Shown here: positions 13,895 through 23,860 of the stretch, in pieces
Layout: each line of letters opens with the position of its first letter
Numbering within the stretch: position 1 is the stretch's first letter
NCBI GenBank assembly: GCA_013265495.1
Contig: MU058387.1
Coordinates: forward strand, 1,178,001 to 1,242,000
Length of the DNA stretch: 64,000 nucleotides
Direction: 5' to 3'
Source: Vicugna vicugna
Taxonomy: Eukaryota
The notes under the pieces: generated by a model
What the model was told of the DNA's origin: nothing
Databases searched by the model: none
The model's input: only the letters and a program-made list of their open reading frames with translations
Position numbers and translations under genes: made by a program

Positions 13895-14551
13895 AGTGGG
13901 GGCTGCTATTCGGCCTATGCTTTCCCACTGAAGCTGGGAGGATGGCATTCTGTTAAGTGTCACTCTGATGTTGGAGGGGTAACAGATGAAAGAAGGCAGA
14001 TGAGACCATCAGCCGAGATACAGCTGGTTTGCCGGTTTGGGGCGAAAGTAACAGATGCTGGCAGCTATACGGGACTGGTGATGGGGGGGGAGGGGTAGTG
14101 ACCTGTAGAGTACCAGCCCTCAGAGGAGCGGGCAAGCAAGAGGAAGCTCTGACAAGGGTAGCGGGGAGAAGACATCTGCATCTCACATGTTTCTCTTTGC
14201 CCCGTGCTGCTGCCTTTGTGAGGGATGTGTGCATTTGAAGTTACACTTTAGCAAATAATTTCACTGAAAAATCCACTATAGGGTTGATATCCATGGATTT
14301 AAGAGTTTACATAGATGTCAAGGGTCTGTTCTACTAGATTCTATGCCCATCTCTCAAACAGCCTTTGACAGGTAGGTACCCTCACCCATCAAACGGATTT
14401 CTCAATGTACTTAACATGTAATCTGTCTTTCCTATTACTTTGTAAAATTTACACAGCTACATGCATTTACACTTTTTTTTTCCCGCCACAAGCTCATTTT
14501 TAGGAGGCAGAAACAAATTTGTTGACACTTTTTGAATGAAAGAATAAATGC

Positions 14552-14744
14552 AAAATACACTGCTCTTAACGTGACGACGGTGAAAAATTAATGCGAAGGG
14601 AAGAGTGAAATATGAAAATACACTGTAACGGTCGTTGGCAACGAAAAAGATGAAAACTGAAAACGTTGAAAGAGGTAACAACATACTCAAGATTCGCGAT
14701 CGAAGCGGTGCATCCTGTATCTCCAAGCGGTGGAAACAGCCTCG
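14552..14744. promoter_or_regulatory. CpG-dense, AT-rich candidate promoter/enhancer core with MYB, RFX-like and CRE half-site motifs
   Basis: 14 CpG in 14570-14744 (hand count C=31, G=46, O/E about 1.7). TGACG 14572-14576, TAACGGTC 14626-14633, palindrome TCGTTG-G-CAACGA 14632-14644. Confidence 0.45.
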
Positions 14745-14799
14745 GTGCTTGCAGCAAATAACTGGGTTTTCTGTTACTTGTTGAGCAAATTACTAGGAG
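14687..14799 (-). other. Candidate 113-bp exon of an unidentified minus-strand transcript
   Basis: Good acceptor gcatgcctcttacttttcag|CTCC and donor TTGA|gtatgt. One frame open (LLVICSTSNRKPSYLLQAPRLFPPLGDTGCTASIANL). Confidence 0.3.
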
Positions 14800-15738
14800 C
14801 TGAAAAGTAAGAGGCATGCAAAATCATCTTACAGCTGCCTTGTTCTGCAAGGTTCAGGGGATGTAAAGGGTGAGAGCCATGCTTTGGCAACGAATAAGAG
14901 AAATTCAGCAGGTTTGGAAAGAAAAAGGACTGCCACCCACTGCTTCCTATTAAATAAGTATTACAGCATTGGCAGTGGCACCTGGGTCTTGTTCAAAGTG
15001 GAGGGGAGAAAACTGAACCTTGGCAAATCAGTGCAACAGCCACGCCGAAAACGTAAACACACATCCAGATACACACGCGCATATAGTATATAATTTTTTT
15101 CATTTGTTTCTCTTCAGGCAAATTAGAATGTGGACTTCCCAGCTAATTAGCCTTATCCTGACTCCCAGAGAGCCGACTGCCTTCTCAATGACTTACAGGT
15201 GACTTTTTTTCTTTTTTCCCTGCCAGTTCTGCTCTGTGTTTAAACCAAAAAGGCAGATCACCCATTTGTATCAAATTATGCACGACAGTTCGGGGAGTGG
15301 GTAATACACAGCTATGAAAGGCACAGAAACACCCGAGCTGTTGTGTTTCATTACCAACGCACTTTCAGTTCCGGGGGCGAGGGCTTTGTAGCTTTTAATG
15401 GTAATTTCTGGCGATCCCATTTGCCTCATTGTGAGGAATTCAGAGAAATGTACCTCACAGAGGTTTAAAGGGATGTAAAAGGTCCACCTTCCTGTCTGTG
15501 CTCTGTTCTTTGAGTTCAGGGCAGCAGAGAAAAGTAAAACAAAGACCACAACAAAAGAGACAATACAAAACCCAAACCACCACCACAAACATAGCATATG
15601 AGGCAACTTTAGTCATTCTGCAGAGGATGGAATTGTTTCTCTCTGCAAAGTCAAGCAGCTGATTTTGAGTTGAGTGCCACGTGAAGTTATAGATATGAGA
15701 TTAACTAGGGGTCTCCTTTTGGGGGCTGGATGTATTAC

Positions 15739-15942
15739 TTCCTTTGTTCCTCGGCACACGGACTTTGCCTGCATTGATGCTGGAGTGCCCGTTCATGGCA
15801 GACAGTTCCAGCGACGTGGTAATATACGCAGCCTCTACCAGAGCCAAAATTTTGTTTCAAAAGGTATCGTGGATGCCCAGGGAAGCATAGCTTTGCTCCA
15901 TAATCTGAAAAGCTTTGCACATATTTTATGCAGCGTTTTGAC
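15739..15942 (-). other. Candidate 204-bp exon of an unidentified minus-strand transcript
   Basis: Acceptor ccatttctacacag|GTCA and a weaker donor GGAA|gtaata. Open in a phase-2/phase-2 frame for 67 codons. CpG-retaining unique sequence. Confidence 0.25.
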
Positions 15943-18614
15943 CTGTGTAGAAATGGCTGGTTCACAGTGCTAAGGAGAAAGGCTGCTTGTACTTTGGCCA
16001 AAACCAGCCGCAGGTACTTTTCTGGTCCTGGGACACTCCCGCCGTTCCCAGCCTTTGGGTCACCTGGTAAATGTAACACAGCTGCTCACCCAGATGTGCC
16101 ACTTGTTGGCTTCAAAATCAGGAGGTCATTACATAACAAGGAGAGGTACAAGGGGCAGCGATGGGTTCTTTACCTTCCAGGTGGGGTCCTGACGCATCCC
16201 TGATCACTTGATCCCCAGAAAATTCAGACAGTCAACTCCTCTTTCTATATGGTTTTTATCTCCTACCTTCTTTAATGTGTCTAAGACATCTTCTGCTTCT
16301 TGCTCTCCAAATCCAACTAGCATGAGACTGTCAGTGATGTGGACCTGTAGGCAGTTCTGTGGACTGTGAAATGGTCAGTTTCCTCCCCACTAAACTGTGT
16401 CTCATAACAAGAGGGCTGAGATAATCCCAAGGCAAAACAATGAAAGTATATGTTCCTTCAAAATGACAGCAAGGTAGATGTAGAGAGAAGAGTATACTTC
16501 AGACGGCTGAGTGCAGCCAGGTATGGAGGTTTGGCTCATCTGCATCATGGGCTGCTGTTGAGGCCCTTATCTGGTGATGTTCATGGACAGTCCTCCGCTG
16601 GTCTCCAAAACCTATCTCCATCCACACCAGCTGAACTGAAGAGCTAGGCGAGATGTGACCAGAATCACTGCCTTTGCAAAGTTCACATCTTTGGTAGTGG
16701 TGGTAATGTCTGTGATCCCACTAGGAATGCAATTATGCTTATTTATGCTGGCATGTGAAGGAAGTTCCAGAGACTTCTATATGACTTTTCTATCAAAACA
16801 GTCCATGGTCCAGGGAACTAAAGGAGGAGGCTGACAGTTGCTAAGGACATAGTCCAACTATGCATTCAAGAACTGGGAAAATAAGCATGTGATATGTTTG
16901 GAGTCCTATAGGGTCTATTATGATATAGACAAATAATACAATGCATTTATTATCACACTTTATAAGTTACAATAGCTTTTTTATATACCCAGGAATTAAC
17001 AGAAGCTGTAGCCACAGGCAGAAAAAAAAATCCACAATTTTCTGAGTATTTCCCTGTCTCCTTCCTTATGGATGAAGATTTACAGAACTGACACTATTTG
17101 CAATTATCACAGTTGTGTCCTCAGGGTTATCAGGCTTCTTTTTCACTTAAGGGTCTGTGAGTCCTTGAAACAATTTAAGAATAAAAACTGGGTGAGACGT
17201 CCCAAGACCCTACAAGGGTGAGTTATAAAAATCAAGCAGGACCTCAGTGGGGTGCTCTCTGTTTTTGCCCTACAGCTTCTGTGATCAGTTATGCACTGTC
17301 ACACACCTCCGCATGTCTCACCATCCCGGTTACTATGGTAGCCTGCTTTCTCTCGTGACTCCACACTCAACATCCCTCTAAAAGTTACACTCCTCTGTGG
17401 CCTCTGCAACTCTTATCTTCTCATTCCCATTCCATCAAGGAGACCACTTCAACTGCTGCTTTTCCACCAGTTACTAAAAGTAATTTTCAGAAACGTCTTC
17501 ACTTCCCTCAACTGTGTATTTCAAAGGGTCTTGGTGGTGAGGGTAACTTCTAGGTCTTTTGCGGGGTTGTAGTTTGAGTGAATGAAGGAACAAGAAATTT
17601 TCACTCAATTATTTGAATCTCCCATAGCCTTTTGATTCCTTTCTCTATGAACTACCAAAGGTTTTTGTCATTTCAGTGATGTCAGGAGGCACCACGGAGT
17701 CCAGGTTTTACCTGCTAATTCAATGCGTGGAATCTGGAATTTGGGCTAAGAGCACTGATGTTGCTAAAGTCAGCTTAATCAAAAAGTTAGATTCTTTTCT
17801 CTTCCACCATGTACTCTCGGAATCTATTTGTTTCATGTACTCAGTGGAATTTTGTAAATCAAATTAACAACATTCTCTTTTTGTTACATAAAGCTTTGTT
17901 TCCGGGATAAACTAGGAGATGGTTCTAGTTATAGAAATGGAGACAAAAAGAAGGGGGAGTGGGGAGGAGGGCTCATGAAGAAGTTTCAGTTCTTGACTTA
18001 GGGTCACTCCCTCAACTGAGGAAGCCATAAGCATCATCAAGAGAAGCAGAAGCTCTTTGGGTGACCAAGGCAGTTGGGTGGTGATTCCAAATCCACAGCA
18101 TCCTGCCCCCAGTGAGTGTCTCAGAAGACAATTTGGGGAGACTGTGAGTTTGACTCATTTTAGAATACAGCAACACTTAGAGTTGAACTTTGCATTTAAA
18201 TGTTCATCACTTTAATTTTGCAGCTGCTCAACATTAGTTTCTTCATTATAATCCTGGAAAAGTCTCAGGTTTTAGTTATGATTATTTTACCAAGTACTCA
18301 GGATGATAGTATGTCATTCTCTCTGCTCAGCTCTGCAGAACTAGTCACAGCAACCACTCCACCGTCAGTCCTCAAAGCTTCATGTCCTTCTTGCTTTTCT
18401 ATAGTGGTGGCTACTCACTTTCCTCAAAGCCAGCTCTCACTGTGCACCTAATTTCAGGCTATCAGCAGTGAGAACCTAACTTTCTCTTCCACCTAATATC
18501 CCTTCCCTGGATGATTATTAAATAAATTTTCACTTAGCCAGATAACCAATACCAGATTATCTGATTTCCCTGAAGGTTTCTTGCCTGTAACCCACATCCT
18601 GTGCCAATTTCTCT

Positions 18615-19000
18615 ACCGGTCGGGGTTCTGTAATGCAGAAATCAAAAGCAGACCTCTCCTTATCTCAACATGAAAGGGCTTTTTAGGAAATAACTGAGGT
18701 GGGTCACGGAATCCCTTGGAAGAACCAACCTCAGATATTGAGAAAGAAACTAGAGGAGGTGGATGTAGAGTGACCAACTCGTGCTAGTTTGCCCAGGAAT
18801 CTCCCAGTGTTGGCACCGAAAGTCTCATGGCCGGGGGATCCCTCCATCCTGGGCAAACTGCGGTGGGTGGTACCCTGGCTGGATGGCTGCAAGAGCAGCT
18901 CAGGTCATGCCCCAGGGACAGCCTAGTTATGTCATCATGTCACCATGACTAGATTCTACAAGTTGTCACTGACTCCACCGTGACAGCTCTCTCTTGAAAT
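18615..19000 (-). mobile_element. Old MLT1 (K/L-like) LTR remnant, interrupted by MER96
   Basis: tcggggttctgtaatgcagaaatcaaaagcagacctctcc...gggtcacggaatccc resembles the antisense start of old MLT1 LTRs. Confidence 0.4.
18766..18877. mobile_element. MER96-type hAT-Tip100 MITE
   Basis: Terminal inverted repeats tagagtgacc...ggtaccctg, internal inverted gtttgcccagga/tcctgggcaaac, 8-bp TSD ggtggatg (18758-18765) / gctggatg (18878-18885). Confidence 0.8.
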
Positions 19001-20977
19001 TACCCTGTCAAAATTCTAAATAATCCCACCAAGGCTTTTTGGGCCAAGGGCTACAGTTTCAATATTCATATCCAGATTATCTATTTTGGTCTCTTGCCCA
19101 ACCCTATGAACTGCCAATAGTCAACTTCTGCGGGATTTTTAGCTTCTCTTGATGGAGGTCCAGCTCTTGTCTCCTATTAGGACTTTTATGATGTTAGAGA
19201 GACAAAGGGAAAAGAAAGAGACAAATTCCACTATAACTGTAAGTAAACAGTATGATGGATCAAGGAGAGAAATCTAACAAATTCTGGACTCATTAAAAAC
19301 TCATGTAATAAGATATGTAAAGAGGCATCAGAATTTGAAGAAGCTCTATGCCTTAGTTTGTTATACACTGATAGGAGCTAATAATACACTTATATCACAT
19401 GTGATAAATGAGCACAAAGATGGACTAAATCAGCATTTATCACCCAAAGAAAATTCCCCAAAGGATCAGAGTGTGAAGTGCTCAACACAGGTCATTGACA
19501 CCTTGGATCCACTCATTTTGGCAGCATCTGGTAATATTATCTTCAGTGAAGATTGCTTAAATCTTTCTGGGAAAGTAGAATACAAAATTAAAATTAAGTT
19601 GGAAATTAGACATCCCATGTGATTTTTCTGTACCACTGAATCTAAACTTCTGATTAGTAGGTGTTAGAGGCAATCATATAAAGCTGATAATCGGCTTGAA
19701 AACAGTCCTTTCTCAGTTGCAGGGAGATTTGTGTACATATTTTTTTTTCTTTTCCTTGACATTAAGTTGTCACTGCATGTTGGAAGGCTGGAAAGGAAAA
19801 ACAAAAGCTATTGAAAGTTTTTTTATTCATTCTGAACTTCTAGTTAGTTTTCATGAAGTTATTAAACTATGGGGCAGGCTGAATTGCAAGCTATAAGAAA
19901 TGACCTCCATAAATTGCTTAGTTTTTACTTCAAAAACTGAAATGAAACAGTGACTCTGACATAAGTAGTATCTTCAAAAACTCAGGCAAAAGCACCTTTG
20001 CTCCATATCCAAATAATCTATTTCTAAGGCACTTTATAGTGTTGACTTCAGGGGGAAATTGTGTAAATTTGACTTAATAAAAATGCTATACAGGATTGCA
20101 ATGAAAATAAAATCTACATCTAATCTATATCGAAATTGTATCTTATTTTTATAACTCTATATGTTACTCTTAAAATTCCAAAGTTGGACAATTTCTGAAA
20201 ATTACATTAAGATCTAATACAACATTTATTCAGTTTTAACAAAATAAGCTTCAATCCCCAAATCAGAAAGAATATTAATAGAACAAAGATGACCCAGTGA
20301 CTTTAAATCTTTGGCCTTTCTACTTGGTGAGTTTTGTAATGAGAGGCTGATGACCCCAGCTCAACATTTTCAACCATCTAGTCTGGGTGAGAAAAAGATT
20401 GCTCTGTAATCTTTTCAAACATTCATGTAGATGTTTATTAGATCTTTTCATTGTCATGGCCACTGTGTTCTCTCTTGCTGACCTTCAGCTTACAGCCTGA
20501 GAGATGTAGGTAAAATTTCATTATAAACTGGCTCCAACCTTTGCCTGGGAAGACCAAAGATGTTTATAAATAGCCCTTCTTTATGTACCCCCTACACAGA
20601 GATCCAAAAAGATGTGCATTTACGATTGCACTCATTTTATCATTATTAAATAGTGGAGAGAAGTATAAGACATTGAGTATGTGGTGGAGCCGTTAATGAG
20701 CCAAGAGCACAGGTTACATTTCCTTTTCATCAAATTCTGACAGCTTTAATGTCTACAACACTTGGCCTCTTGTGGAAGAGCTGTACCTATTCAGACTGAA
20801 TTAAAAATTACAAATATCAAAGTCTAACCCATCACCTGGGAAATATCCATTGTCTATCAACCAATTACTTTGGTGTACCTGTGTGAACACGTTATTCTCA
20901 TTTGAGTGTTTCCCCTTGTTTTAACTGATATATCAACATAGCTCCTTGATGTGGCAAAAATAACAATGAAGAAAGCA

Positions 20978-21142
20978 GAGAGGGTCTGTAGCTTAGTGGT
21001 TAGAGTCCAAGCTTAGAAAGCATGAGGTGGTGGGTTCAATCCCCAGGGCTTCCATTAAAATAACTAAATATAAGTAAACCTAATTCCCTCCTCTCCTAAT
21101 GCTCTCCCCCTAAAGTCCTCACAAACAAATGAAATATTAAAA
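20978..21142 (+). mobile_element. tRNA-Ala-derived SINE, camelid (Vic-1-like) type
   Basis: A box tagcttagtgg (20989-20999), B box ggttcaatcc (21033-21042), tail taaacctaattccctcc, perfect 13-bp TSD aatgaagaaagca at 20965-20977 and 21143-21155. Confidence 0.85.
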
Positions 21143-21209
21143 AATGAAGAAAGCAAAAAGTGGTATGCTGAAAATTTTCTTCCATTAATCTGGAGCGGTT
21201 ATTAAATTG

Positions 21210-21375
21210 AGTTTAAAGCAGCTTTACTATAAGGTGAAGTATAGTAAATTTCACCTTATAAAGTGTACAGTTTAATGTGTTTTCACAAATATGCTTGGTC
21301 ATTTAAAAAGAACCACAATCAAGGTTTAGAATGTATCTGTTGCCAAGAAATTTTTCTTGTGCTCTTTTGTGCTGT
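21210..21375 (-). mobile_element. L1MB/MC-type 3' end fragment
   Basis: cagcttta...aaagtgtacagtttaatgtgttttcacaaatatg...accacaatcaagg...agaatgtatc. Confidence 0.65.
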
Positions 21376-23629
21376 TTACGTATCATTTTAACTAAAAATA
21401 CAACTGATCAACTAAAAATTGAAGAAGAAGATGAACAGGCACAGAGTGAGGAAAAGGAGAGACACTAGAAAAGAGAATAAATTCAATGTAAGTGGATCAA
21501 GGGCAGCCTACTGATAATAATAAAACCTTGTAGTATCTTTTAAAATATAACCCTCTTGTGTGTCATGTTTGAAAGCTGCACTAGTTGTCTCAACTCTTTA
21601 TGCTGTAACACCAAAGGGCTGTGGTCCTTGATAAGGCAGTAATGCAGTAGTCCTTGAGTTAGACCCGGGTCTCATATCTCACCTGAAATCATCATTATCA
21701 TCCTCATAAACATCATCATGGGCGTTACCTTCATCACTGAATCCCAGCGTACTCCAAGAGTGGCATAGTGGAAACTGAGGGTCTGAGGTTAATGACTGTT
21801 TGTCTGTCCGTTACTACCCCAGTGCCCTGGTCATTATGCCAAACTGCTTTCTTTAGCACCCCAAGCGATGGTGAGAAACATACAACTTACAAAGGGTTTG
21901 CTTCATCCCTGAGGGGCAGTACGTTTGAGTGCTAAGATGGTCTGTTTCATTCGGTTTCAGGAAAAGCAAAAATCTCTGGGGACTCTGAAGTCACCAAAAG
22001 ATTATAACTGTAGGAGTAAGAAAATCTGATATTTCTACATCAAACTCTTGATAACTGAAGGATAACAAAACCAGCCCACCTACCTCTCCCACCAGATTTT
22101 ATCGGTCTCTGTCTGGATTTTGTTTCGTTCCGTGCTGATTTTCCACTTTTAGATTTTTCCCTCTGTTAGTTTTTTTAAACTTCATCTCTGATAAACCGTA
22201 AATTGTTCTGAAAGACAAAAATTACATTCTTAATTTTATGAATGAATAAAATTTTACAGTGAAATTGAGGTCACCTTCGATATAACTATATTCACTTAGG
22301 AATATTCACAGAAGAAACTTCCTTCCACCATTCTCCATCGTAAAATAAAGCTCACAGGCATATTTGGAAATAGATGTTATTGTCACTTTTTCATGGGTTT
22401 TTCCATAATCAATTGATATCCAATTGAAGTATAATAAAATTGGGGGAGAAAAGTACTTTGCTTTAATCAAAGTGAATTTCTCCTTAAAAAACTATTCTCA
22501 AAGTCAAATTAGATCTTAATTTGTGAAATATTAAATTATCCACTAAAAATAACTGGTACATCTCATCAATTAATACTAGTGACATATACTAAAATAAGCA
22601 TGCTTCCTCACAAAGATCTCATGAGATAAACAACTATAAAATATTTTTTTTCAGTATAATGGAATGAGTTATATTGTCATCAATTGATGGCATTAATTCA
22701 TTTATTTATCAGTTGAATTCCTACCCTGGGAGAGATAATGTTGGTGTAAAAATATATATAGTGCACGATTTTTGTTATTGATATATCCATAGAAAATTTG
22801 GGGAGGTGAAATGAAATTCTACCCAGTTAAATTGCAATGAATGAAGTAAATTAAAATGCTGTGCAACACAAGGATTGGGAGAAGGAGGGTCACCAATAAG
22901 AGTTGAATCAACATTTGATAGTGTTGTAAGTGTCAGATAGAAATTTATGAGCTTGGAATTAACTGAAAATGCTATATATGACGGAGAGAAGGTTTCAGGG
23001 AGTCTTGAAGAAGGCATTACTTTGATAAGTATCAGAAATGGCATTTTCAAGTAAAATATAGGATTGAAAAGTTTCTAACAATAGCTGAGCATCAACATGT
23101 CTTTCCTAACATATTATGGAGTTATTATAGGGCAGGACTCGTCCTCATTTTGCCAGAGAGGAAATTAGGACTCCCCACGGGTAATTACACTGCCCATGTT
23201 CCAGCTGCCAATTTGTGCACAAATGGGTATGGCCTCTAGCGCCAAACCTCCTCCTCTGGTAGTTAGGGCCACCTTAGTCCCCTGGGGTAAACTAGGAAGG
23301 CAGAGATGGGTCTGGATCATAGAATACTGAATTTTGTTGACTTAAAGTTTTGCATTAATAGTTTGCGATTAGCAAAGGGGTGATTTTCACAAGACCATCT
23401 TTGGATAAAGCACATTTACACACTGGAACATCATTCTTAATCACCATTCACTTCCTCTCCTTTCTATGTCTATAACTTCTTGAAAGCATTGAGTAGTGAA
23501 GACCTCCTTCAGGCTTTCAGGTCTGTCCCATGAGCGCTCACTCAGACCCATGGACTTAACATGGGCTAGGCGTGGATCACTAGGCAGTCAGTCTGACACA
23601 TCTAGCGTCATCAATACGAACACACAGTC

Positions 23630-23860
23630 CTTATAGTAAAAGGAACAAAAGATTCTGAAATAGTTGTTTGCGTTTGGATTCTGACTCCTTCCTTCCTTAC
23701 TGTGTGAACTTCAGTTAGTCTCTTAGCCTCTCTCTGTCTCAGTTTCTAAATCAGTACCTACATGAAAGGTTTATTATGCACAGTAAATGCACCTATAAGT
23801 GTATGGTGTTTATTATAGCTCCTATACATACTGAATTCTCAATGACTGTATTTTTATTTT
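23630..23860 (+). mobile_element. MIR SINE
   Basis: cttactgtgtgaacttcagttagtctcttagcctctctctgtctcagtttct. Confidence 0.65.

Noticed and set aside
14457..14726. Minus ORF ending ...AGKKKCKCM*, resembling a polybasic CAAX tail of Ras/Rho GTPases
   Set aside because: No GTPase G-box motifs, TTG start, and the lysines come from a homopolymer run.
15271..15606. Minus ORF with hydrophobic N-terminus (MLCLWWWFGFCIVSFVVVFVLLF...) as a membrane micropeptide
   Set aside because: The hydrophobicity is explained by a T/G-rich low-complexity strand. No other coding evidence.
16498..16645. Additional upstream minus-strand exon containing ATG ATG CAG ATG
   Set aside because: The donor GAA|gtatac is poor, and the ATG frame ends in phase 0, which does not join the open frame of the 204-bp segment.
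17685..17705. REST/RE1 site (GCACCACGGA core)
   Set aside because: Lacks the flanking TCA and CAG positions required by the RE1 consensus.
17676..17760. C/D box snoRNA (GTGATGT ... CTGA)
   Set aside because: Imperfect C box, no convincing terminal stem and no recognised guide sequence.
20978..21055. tRNA gene
   Set aside because: Cloverleaf stems are degenerate, and it carries a SINE tail and TSD.
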